A DNA stretch of 64,000 nt from a virus: the IMG/VR virus record IMGVR_UViG_3300043425_000861; one strand, given 5' to 3'. Under the pieces are notes generated by a model. It saw nothing but the letters and a program-made list of their open reading frames with translations. It did no database searches and had not been told where the DNA came from. The position numbers were made by a program, and so were the translations under genes. Each line of letters begins with the position of its first letter. Within the stretch, counting starts at the first letter, position 1. This document shows positions 29,771 to 36,291 of the stretch, piece after piece.

Positions 29771-29846
29771 GTGATAGATGTTCGTATGGTAGGACCTAAG
29801 ATTGTGGCTCTTAGATTAGCGGGTTCGAATCCCGTCTATCACCCCA
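29771..29846 (+). tRNA. tRNA-His(GTG)
   Basis: TAAGA-TTGTGGC-TCTTA; G-1:C73 pair; encoded CCA. Confidence 0.9.
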
Positions 29847-29849
29847 TAT

Positions 29850-29919
29850 TGCGGGAAGGTTAGGTAACCCGCCAGGTCTCATAAGCCTGTGCATCCGAGT
29901 TCGATTCTCGGTCCCGCAA
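29850..29919 (+). tRNA. tRNA-Met(CAT), probably elongator; short D-arm
   Basis: CAGGT-CTCATAA-GCCTG; positions 1 and 72 pair (T-A). Confidence 0.75.
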
Positions 29920-29961
29920 CAAAAAAGATTAAAAATATTTTGTGATTTCACAATTTATTAT

Positions 29962-29969
29962 TATCTTTG
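29962..29969 (+). promoter_or_regulatory. Internal TAnnTTTG promoter before tRNA-fMet
   Basis: TATCTTTG with TTTG at 29939-29942, 19 bp upstream. Confidence 0.55.
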
Positions 29970-29979
29970 TAAAACAAAT

Positions 29980-30051
29980 CGCGAGATAGAGCAGCGGTAG
30001 CTCGGAAGGCTCATAACCTTTAGGTCGGGGGTTCGATTCCCTCTCTCGCAA
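29980..30051 (+). tRNA. Initiator tRNA-fMet(CAT)
   Basis: C1:A72 mismatch; GAAGG-CTCATAA-CCTTT. Confidence 0.88.
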
Positions 30052-30053
30052 CA

Positions 30054-30315
30054 ATAGGTGAAGACTGTGGTGGAAGCCCACGGTATATGAATCCCTAAAA
30101 GCTGTCTTGATTCGCGGTATCAAAGCGGTGCGGGTAGAGTTACATATAAGTCGGGAGTAATTAACCAATTGACGAAAATGTATCCACAGATATGGAGATA
30201 TATCTGTTATGATGTTCAAATGCGAACGAAAAACCTATAACTTATTGAGACTAACTCAACGAGGACTTTGTCAACCAGAGCAATGACTTGGATGGTGCAA
30301 CTTAAGGTGAGTTAG
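30054..30315 (+). ncRNA. Unidentified structured RNA(s) between tRNA-fMet and tRNA-Asp
   Basis: Two modules closed by ATAGGT/ACCTAT (30054-30238) and CTAACTCA/TGAGTTAG (30251-30315), with internal hairpins and raised GC. Confidence 0.5.
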
Positions 30316-30325
30316 AATCAAAATT

Positions 30326-30399
30326 GGAGCGGTAGTTCAGTTGGTTAGAATGCCTGCCTGTCACGCAGGAGGTCGCGGGTTCGAGTCCCGTCCGTTCCG
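30326..30399 (+). tRNA. tRNA-Asp(GTC)
   Basis: CCTGC-CTGTCAC-GCAGG. Confidence 0.95.
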
Positions 30400-30406
30400 C
30401 AAATTT

Positions 30407-30492
30407 GGAGAGATGGCAGAGTTGGTCTATCGCGTCGGTCTTGAAAACCGAAGTTCTGAAAGGGACCGTGGGTTCGAATCCTACTCTCTCCG
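30407..30492 (+). tRNA. tRNA-Ser(TGA)
   Basis: TCGGT-CTTGAAA-ACCGA; long variable arm. Confidence 0.93.
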
Positions 30493-30497
30493 CACTT

Positions 30498-30569
30498 GCT
30501 CGGTTCGACTAGTGGTTAGGTCGCATCCCTTTCACGGATGTAGCACGGGTTCGAATCCCGTACCGAGTA
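30498..30569 (+). tRNA. tRNA-Glu(TTC)
   Basis: CATCC-CTTTCAC-GGATG. Confidence 0.93.
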
Positions 30570-30626
30570 CAAAATAATTTTTAACTATTTACACTTTTTT
30601 ATAATTTGTGTATACTTATTAAAACG

Positions 30627-30734
30627 ATGAAGAATATAAATAACATATTGACGAGTACAAGACCACTTACAAATGGTAATGGGTATGGTGTGCAACCGTT
30701 ATGTTACTTATGTTCGGATATCAATAAAGGATAA
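30627..30734 (+). CDS. Leader peptide 2 (35 aa, MKNINNILTSTRPLTNGNGYGVQPLCYLCSDINKG), candidate attenuator sensor for tRNA array 2
   Basis: Codons 3-25 all fall in codon boxes served by array-2 tRNAs; a terminator follows. Confidence 0.8.
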   Translation: MKNINNILTSTRPLTNGNGYGVQPLCYLCSDINKG

Positions 30735-30761
30735 TAGAAAATTATTAAAACTTATATCGAG

Positions 30762-30791
30762 ACCCGAACACAAAAAATGTTCGGGTTTTTT
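30762..30791 (+). terminator. Attenuator terminator 2
   Basis: ACCCGAACA-CAAAAAA-TGTTCGGGT followed by a T run. Confidence 0.85.
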
Positions 30792-30852
30792 GTTTTGTAA
30801 TTTTTTATCTCTATATTTGAAATAGGTTCTTTGACATATTGGAATAACGAAT

Positions 30853-30936
30853 GCCGGAGTGTTGGAATGGTAGACAAGACAGACTTAAAATCTGTTGAGC
30901 TGAAAGCTCGTGTGGGTTCGAGTCCCATCTCCGGTA
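30853..30936 (+). tRNA. tRNA-Leu(TAA)
   Basis: ACAGA-CTTAAAA-TCTGT; variable arm. Confidence 0.93.
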
Positions 30937-30976
30937 CAAACACTATCGTTCTTTGAAGATAAAGGAGAAACATAAT

Positions 30977-31225
30977 ATGGATATATTATCATTTATTTTA
31001 GGAATGTCTATAGTTGTGGTTATTGCGGTTGCAGTAGTTGCGGTTATAGCCTTTGTTAAGGTGAACAGACTAAACAAAGAGATTGAATCGATTCACACAA
31101 TTTATTCGGGTGAATTTGAAAGGGTTAATAGAGATAGAACAGATTCGGAAAGACAGATTTATTCTGTGTTAGATTCTCGACTTGATAAACTTGAAAGTAA
31201 AATAACAAATAGCCGTAAGGCATAA
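30977..31225 (+). CDS. Single-TM coiled-coil protein inside tRNA array 2
   Basis: MDILSFILGMSIVVVIAVAVVAVIAF...; flanked by an inverted repeat. Confidence 0.7.
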   Translation: MDILSFILGMSIVVVIAVAVVAVIAFVKVNRLNKEIESIHTIYSGEFERVNRDRTDSERQIYSVLDSRLDKLESKITNSRKA

Positions 31226-31263
31226 AAATTAAATAAAACTTTCAAAGACGATAGTGTTAATTT

Positions 31264-31335
31264 GGGCCCATAGTTAAAGGGATATAACTTCTCACTTCTA
31301 ATGAGATGTTCGTGGTTCGAGTCCACGTGGGCCTA
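31264..31335 (+). tRNA. tRNA-Arg(TCT)
   Basis: TCTCA-CTTCTAA-TGAGA. Confidence 0.92.
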
Positions 31336-31336
31336 C

Positions 31337-31476
31337 AAAGATAATGGTCTGATGTTATAATTGTTGTCGACTAACATTATAACTACTTAAACAGACAGCA
31401 CCCTCTGCCGATGCATCGTAAAACTATTACTAAGCAGTTAAGATTGGAACGAAACGGGTATTCCAACATTATCTTT
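31337..31476 (+). ncRNA. Unidentified structured RNA between tRNA-Arg and tRNA-Pro
   Basis: 10-bp closing stem AAAGATAATG/CATTATCTTT; internal GTCTG/CAGAC, GTTATAAT/ATTATAAC and TTGGAA/TTCCAA stems. Confidence 0.5.
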
Positions 31477-31480
31477 ATTT

Positions 31481-31554
31481 TGGGAATTAGCGTAGTCCGG
31501 TATCGCGCTTGGTTTGGGACCAAGAGGTCGTCAGTTCGAATCTGGCATTCCCAA
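31481..31554 (+). tRNA. tRNA-Pro(TGG)
   Basis: CTTGG-TTTGGGA-CCAAG. Confidence 0.92.
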
Positions 31555-31561
31555 CAAAAAT

Positions 31562-31633
31562 GCTGATGTAGCTCAACGGCAGAGCAATTGACTGTTAATC
31601 AATAGGTTGAGATATCGTAATTCTCCATCAGCG
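31562..31633 (+). tRNA. tRNA-Asn(GTT), atypical T-loop
   Basis: ATTGA-CTGTTAA-TCAAT; T-loop ATCGTAA. Confidence 0.87.
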
Positions 31634-31638
31634 CAAAT

Positions 31639-31720
31639 GGCCAAGTGGTGGAACGGTATACACGTATGTTTTAGAAACATATGTCAGAACGGCGTGAGAG
31701 TTCGAATCTCTCCTTGGTCA
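31639..31720 (+). tRNA. tRNA-Leu(TAG)
   Basis: TATGT-TTTAGAA-ACATA; variable arm. Confidence 0.9.
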
Positions 31721-31766
31721 CGGAAAACGGTTTGTATGTATACGTTAGGTTAGGAATGTACAGAAT

Positions 31767-31847
31767 GGGAGTATCGCATAGCGGCAATTGCAGAAGACTG
31801 TAAATCTTCCCTCATCGAGTTCAGTGGTTCGAGTCCACTTACTCCCA
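31767..31847 (+). tRNA. tRNA-Tyr(GTA)
   Basis: GAAGA-CTGTAAA-TCTTC; variable arm. Confidence 0.93.
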
Positions 31848-31858
31848 CAAAATAAAAT

Positions 31859-32395
31859 ATGATGAGAACACTAAAAGAACTTATAAAGGAGATTAAATCT
31901 CCCGAATACAAACAAAAACAAATTGAAGAACATCAAAAGTATCTTGATGAGATATCGATGGATTATCAACTAGGTTACTACGTTGGTGAATATATTGTTA
32001 ATCGTTATCTCCCAACGTTATCGACAGATATGATTCAATCAAGAAATGTTATTGAAGTATCTGAAGAGGATTCTATTGAAAATAATAGGTTAGATAGAGA
32101 ATGGTATTTAACAACGAAGTATCAGAATGATTGGAATGGAGAAGAAGATGGTAATAAAGAAAAGTGGGATTTATACCACCAGCATAATAAAATGTTGGAA
32201 CAAAAATACCTCCCTCAAAAATTAGAATGTCATTTAGGTTTAATTAAGTTTAATGACGAAAAAGAATTTAAAGAAGGGTTACGTTCATCGTTATGGGATT
32301 GTGATATGTGTTCTTATAACATTGATGTTGAAAATATAAAAATTGTAAATGATATGGAAATTGGTTTCACCATCATAACATTTCAATTAGTTTAA
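31859..32395 (+). CDS. Hypothetical protein inside tRNA array 2
   Basis: 178-aa ORF between tRNA-Tyr and tRNA-Ile2. Confidence 0.75.
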   Translation: MMRTLKELIKEIKSPEYKQKQIEEHQKYLDEISMDYQLGYYVGEYIVNRYLPTLSTDMIQSRNVIEVSEEDSIENNRLDREWYLTTKYQNDWNGEEDGNKEKWDLYHQHNKMLEQKYLPQKLECHLGLIKFNDEKEFKEGLRSSLWDCDMCSYNIDVENIKIVNDMEIGFTIITFQLV

Positions 32396-32402
32396 AAAGT
32401 TT

Positions 32403-32476
32403 GGACTTGTAGCTCAGTTGGTTAGAGCACTTCACTCATAATGAATAGGTCCCTGGTTCGAGACCAGGCTGGTCCA
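32403..32476 (+). tRNA. tRNA-Ile2(CAT), lysidine type, reads ATA
   Basis: CTCATAA loop; the GGAC...GGTCCA acceptor and TAGCTCAGTTGGTTAGAGC D-arm resemble bacterial Ile2. Two other CAT tRNAs already cover Met and fMet. Confidence 0.78.
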
Positions 32477-32529
32477 CAACAGGTCGTTCCTCCCCAATAA
32501 AACGTTGGTTGCAACATAATAGCAAAAAC

Positions 32530-32603
32530 AGAAGATTAGCTCAGTTGGTTAGAGCATTTGGTTTACATCCAAAGGGTCATAGGTTCGAATCCTATATCTT
32601 CTA
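32530..32603 (+). tRNA. tRNA-Val(TAC)
   Basis: TTTGG-TTTACAT-CCAAA. Confidence 0.92.
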
Positions 32604-32608
32604 CAATA

Positions 32609-32680
32609 GCTCGGTTAGTTCAACCGGTAGAATAAATGATTTGTAATCATTAGACAACAGTTCGAATCTGTTACTGAGCT
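32609..32680 (+). tRNA. tRNA-Thr(TGT)
   Basis: AATGA-TTTGTAA-TCATT. Confidence 0.9.
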
Positions 32681-32687
32681 CAAACAA

Positions 32688-32760
32688 GCGGATATAGCTC
32701 AATTGGTAGAGTGCGTTCCTTCCAAGTACGAAGTTGCAGGTTCGAGCCCTGTTATCCGCT
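32688..32760 (+). tRNA. tRNA-Gly(TCC)
   Basis: GCGGATA acceptor, CTTCCAA loop, U73 discriminator. Confidence 0.92.
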
Positions 32761-32765
32761 CACAT

Positions 32766-32836
32766 TGTCCTTTAGTATAACGGCAGTACAGGTGGTTTTG
32801 GTCCATCTAGTTGGGGTTCGAATCCCTGAGGGACAA
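32766..32836 (+). tRNA. tRNA-Gln(TTG)
   Basis: GGTGG-TTTTGGT-CCATC; T1-A72 pair. Confidence 0.9.
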
Positions 32837-32843
32837 CAAAACA

Positions 32844-32929
32844 GGAGAGTTACCCAAGTTGGTGAAGGGGGCAGTTTGCTAAACTGTTAGGTCGTTCGCG
32901 GCGCAAGGGTTCGAGTCCCTTACTCTCCG
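32844..32929 (+). tRNA. tRNA-Ser(GCT)
   Basis: GCAGT-TTGCTAA-ACTGT; long variable arm; G73. Confidence 0.92.
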
Positions 32930-32970
32930 CTCAATGTATAAACCAATAATTATAATAAAATGAAAATGTA

Positions 32971-33432
32971 ATGAAAAAATTCAAAACTCTCCACGGAACT
33001 CCAATTCCAGATGTTGTAGAATACATCAGAGAGTACATCTCAACGAGAGAGAATGTAGAAATTCTCATAGGTTCCGACTCACAAAGTTATTCCAATAGAA
33101 AAACAATTTATGGTGTGGTTGTGGCATTATATACAAAAGGAAAGGGCGCTCACGTTTTATGTACACGTGAAACATTACCTATGGAATATAACACAGCATC
33201 AAGATTGTTGGGTGAAGTGTGGAAATCGTTAGAGGTGGCAGAATTTTTGAAAGATAATGGTTTACCAAAACCTACTTGGATTGATATTGATTTAAATCCT
33301 GACCCAAAATATAAATCAAATGCAACGCTTAGACAAGCTGTTGGTTTGGTTGAAGGTATGGGTTATAAAGTTAGATATAAACACGTAGGTGCGATGATGA
33401 CTTACGCAGCAAATCACTTAGTTAGAATCTGA
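32971..33432 (+). CDS. RNase H-like protein (YkuK/DUF458 type)
   Basis: ILIGSDSQ...RLLGEVWKSLEVA...IDIDLN...AANH pattern. Confidence 0.75.
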   Translation: MKKFKTLHGTPIPDVVEYIREYISTRENVEILIGSDSQSYSNRKTIYGVVVALYTKGKGAHVLCTRETLPMEYNTASRLLGEVWKSLEVAEFLKDNGLPKPTWIDIDLNPDPKYKSNATLRQAVGLVEGMGYKVRYKHVGAMMTYAANHLVRI

Positions 33433-33864
33433 CGATTCCTTAGGTCCGTATAAAATAAAATAACTTCCGGTTGGTACTTCAACAAGAGGACCAACCGGTA
33501 ATTCAATTGTTGATAGAATTCTTCTGTATTTTGCGGTTTTGTTTCTATTCATAGAACCAACTCTTAAATCACCATATTCAATTGACCATTGTCTTAGTTT
33601 ATTGGACAATCTTTTCCAATTACGAGCAATGTCAATCATTTGGTGTCCGATGGCCCTATCTCTTTGAGCGTGTGGAGTCGTGAAATCTTCTTCGTCAGAT
33701 GTTAAAGCAACATCATAAAGTGAATCATAGTGAAATGTTTGATTTTTTAGAAGAAACATTTTGTAAGGACCTGCATCTATTCTGTCGATATCTTCCATAC
33801 CCATTGAACGGAGTTTTCTCAACTCATCTTCAATCATTTCAAGAAGTATATCTGTAAAGTTCAT
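33418..33864 (-). CDS. Hypothetical protein
   Basis: 148-aa ORF with TATTTATA upstream. Confidence 0.7.
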   Translation of the reverse strand: MNFTDILLEMIEDELRKLRSMGMEDIDRIDAGPYKMFLLKNQTFHYDSLYDVALTSDEEDFTTPHAQRDRAIGHQMIDIARNWKRLSNKLRQWSIEYGDLRVGSMNRNKTAKYRRILSTIELPVGPLVEVPTGSYFILYGPKESSDSN

Positions 33865-33920
33865 TAAAGTATTTTTTTATAAATATTTGAAAATACCAAT
33901 TTATTGTTTTATATTATACT

Positions 33921-34277
33921 ATGTTAAAACAACAGATATTATATCTTACATATTCAATACTTTTGTTCCTATTAGGTTCATTTGGTCATTGGTATATAAT
34001 GTATTGGCAATTTAGGTTACCTAATTGGGTTAAAACTCCTTGGCCATATCTAATATCAATTGTTTGTACCTTCATTTGGATAACAGCATCTCATTATGGT
34101 GTGAAAGCATTTAATGGTGAAATGTGGAGTAATAGATTTTTGTTTTTTGTTACAGGTATCTTTGTGGCTGCGGTGTTATATCCATATCACTTCGGTCAAC
34201 CATTTACAATGAAAACTATGGTTCAGTTATTATTAGCAACTACCATTGTTTTAATATCACTTTTTTGGAAAAATTAA
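33921..34277 (+). CDS. Four-TM small membrane protein
   Basis: Four hydrophobic helices; SMR/DMT-like size. Confidence 0.7.
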   Translation: MLKQQILYLTYSILLFLLGSFGHWYIMYWQFRLPNWVKTPWPYLISIVCTFIWITASHYGVKAFNGEMWSNRFLFFVTGIFVAAVLYPYHFGQPFTMKTMVQLLLATTIVLISLFWKN

Positions 34278-34288
34278 ATTTAGATAAT

Positions 34289-34522
34289 ATGAAATGCATT
34301 CAAGCAATTAAAGAAACAAAATCCTATAAGTTAGGTGAAATTCGTAGAACTGATGATATCGATGCAGACCAAAAGGTTGCAAGTGGTGTATGGAAGTTTA
34401 TTCCTAAGTCAGAATGGAAGGGTGTTAAAAAAACACAATCGGTTGGTGTTCAACACGATATGGGAGGTTCTTACGAAGTTAAGACTGAAAATAAAAAAAA
34501 TTCAAAAAAAGTTTCAAAATAA
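34289..34522 (+). CDS. Small basic hypothetical protein
   Basis: MKCIQAIKETKSYKLGEIRR...WKFIPKSEWK; start moved to the ATG after the upstream stop. Confidence 0.65.
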   Translation: MKCIQAIKETKSYKLGEIRRTDDIDADQKVASGVWKFIPKSEWKGVKKTQSVGVQHDMGGSYEVKTENKKNSKKVSK

Positions 34523-34554
34523 TTTGACTTTTAAAAAAAGTCATTGTATATTTG
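34523..34554 (+). promoter_or_regulatory. Bacteroidota sigma-A-type promoter for the large ncRNA
   Basis: TTTG (34523-34526), 20-bp spacer, TATATTTG (34547-34554). Confidence 0.75.
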
Positions 34555-34561
34555 TAAAAGA

Positions 34562-35400
34562 AACAAGAAATAGTTCTTTGATTTAAAAATATTGGCCGCC
34601 TATGGTCGATTAAAATAAACCACGAAAGTGGGATAAAGTGACAAACCTTTGGTTGAGGTAAGTTGCGGTTTCAGTAATGGAACTCGAGTAGGCAAGTGGA
34701 ATATCATCGAACCTTAAGTACTGAGGGTGACACTTTAGGGAAAGTGGTTTGATGACCAAGCAATCCGAGTTGTTTGGTTGAGGTGGGAACACCAACAAGA
34801 ATAATCCATAGAGTTATTGTAAGAAATATAGTCATCCAACTATACAATTACGTGATTCAATATGATGGGAATCTTAAAACCGAAAGGTATGGTGAAGTAC
34901 GAGTGGTGTCGTTATCATCCTTTATCGGACTCTACCAAGAGTTTGATTTTGAAGGGGTCCAAAAATATGGTGGCAGGGATGTTACAGAGAGTAGTTTAGT
35001 ATCGAGTCGCTCAAAAGGTGGCTTGGCTAGGTGACGAACCACTACTTTCCAAATTCGGATAACTAAATTTTGTTAATTTTGGTTTAACAACTTAAAATCA
35101 TACAAGAAGAAGTGTTCGTCAGTCGTTGTAGACAGGTGGCTACATAGTCGTGAGGGGTTCACGGCCACAAAGGGTCTCAAGCCCGATGTGATTTTTAAGA
35201 AAGTTCTCTAAACCCGCAAGGTTGAATCAGGGAGGCATCTTTGATGAGTAATGAGTATTAAAAGAGTATATAACGACTCAAGGATTGGTTAATCTAATTG
35301 ACCGCCGCTGATTGGTACTACTCAAAAGGTAGTGGATACGGGAAGAATCAAATAATGTCCCCAAGTCAATCTCAAAATGGTGTAATCTCAGCCCTTTTTT
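34562..35400 (+). ncRNA. Giant structured ncRNA, GOLLD-like (~830 nt)
   Basis: GC-enriched with no credible ORF, has its own promoter, dense in hairpins (ACC-GAAA-GGT, CC-GCAA-GG, repeated CTCAAAAG-type loops), ends GTAATCTCAGCCC plus a T run, and lies near the tRNA arrays. Confidence 0.72.
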
Positions 35401-35535
35401 ATTTTCTTTGTTTATTAAAACAAAGTGGTGGAATTACCTTATTTTTTCTATGAAAACCGAAGGCCCCGAAAACTAAGTCAGATTTTTTCTGACTTTTTTT
35501 TTGCTTTATCAATAATTTTATTTATATTATCTATT

Positions 35536-36291
35536 ATGAGAATAGTTTGTATATCCGATACACATAGTCTTCATAAAAAAATGGAGGATTATGGAACATT
35601 ACCAAAAGGTGATGTACTAATTCACGCGGGTGATTGTACGAATGTTGGTAAACCTCACGAAGTAAAAGAGTTCGTTGAATGGTTTATGGGTATTGAAGGA
35701 TTTGATACTAAAATTTTCATTGCAGGTAATCACGATTTTGCGTTTGAACAACATAGATATCCTCATCATAAAGGTGAATATGATTGGTATTTCAATTTAA
35801 TAAATGAAGAGAATTTATCACAATCTAATGTTACCTATTTGGAGGATAGTCAGTTGATTATTGAATCACCGGAATTCTCAAGACCAATTAAATTTTGGGG
35901 TAGTCCTTGGCAACCTGAATTTTACAATTGGGCGTTCAACTTACCAAGACTTGGTGATGAATTAAAAAAATATTGGTCAATGATACCTGACGATACCGAT
36001 GTATTAATAACACACGGACCACCTAATGAAGCTAGAGATTTTGTTAGTAATTGGAGACAAGGTGATGTTAACGTTGGTTGTGAATTGTTAAGATATAGAG
36101 TCGATGAAATAAATCCTTTAGTTCACGTGTTTGGTCATATCCACGGAGCTTATGGTGCTGCACATATTAAAGATACTTTGTTTGTGAATGCATCAATTTG
36201 TAATGATAGATATGCACCATCAAATAAACCACTCGTAGTAGAATTGACAGAATACGATGGAGAAATAGTAGCAAATTATGTCGAAGAGTAA
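35536..36291 (+). CDS. Calcineurin-like metallophosphoesterase
   Basis: DTH, HAGD, GNHD, THGPP and GHIH motifs; start placed at MRIVCISDTH. Confidence 0.9.
   Translation: MRIVCISDTHSLHKKMEDYGTLPKGDVLIHAGDCTNVGKPHEVKEFVEWFMGIEGFDTKIFIAGNHDFAFEQHRYPHHKGEYDWYFNLINEENLSQSNVTYLEDSQLIIESPEFSRPIKFWGSPWQPEFYNWAFNLPRLGDELKKYWSMIPDDTDVLITHGPPNEARDFVSNWRQGDVNVGCELLRYRVDEINPLVHVFGHIHGAYGAAHIKDTLFVNASICNDRYAPSNKPLVVELTEYDGEIVANYVEE

Noticed and set aside
30054-30238. RNase P or SRP RNA
   Set aside because: The diagnostic conserved motifs were not found.
29929-30973. ORFs 29929..30219, 30341..30577 and 30752..30973
   Set aside because: They overlap clear tRNA genes.
31349-31456. Hammerhead ribozyme (CTGATG...CGAAAC)
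   Set aside because: The core reads CTGATGT rather than CUGANGA, and CTG is paired in a GTCTG/CAGAC stem.
34610-35034. ORFs 34610..34798 and 34774..35034
   Set aside because: They lie inside the large structured RNA and have no protein-like features.
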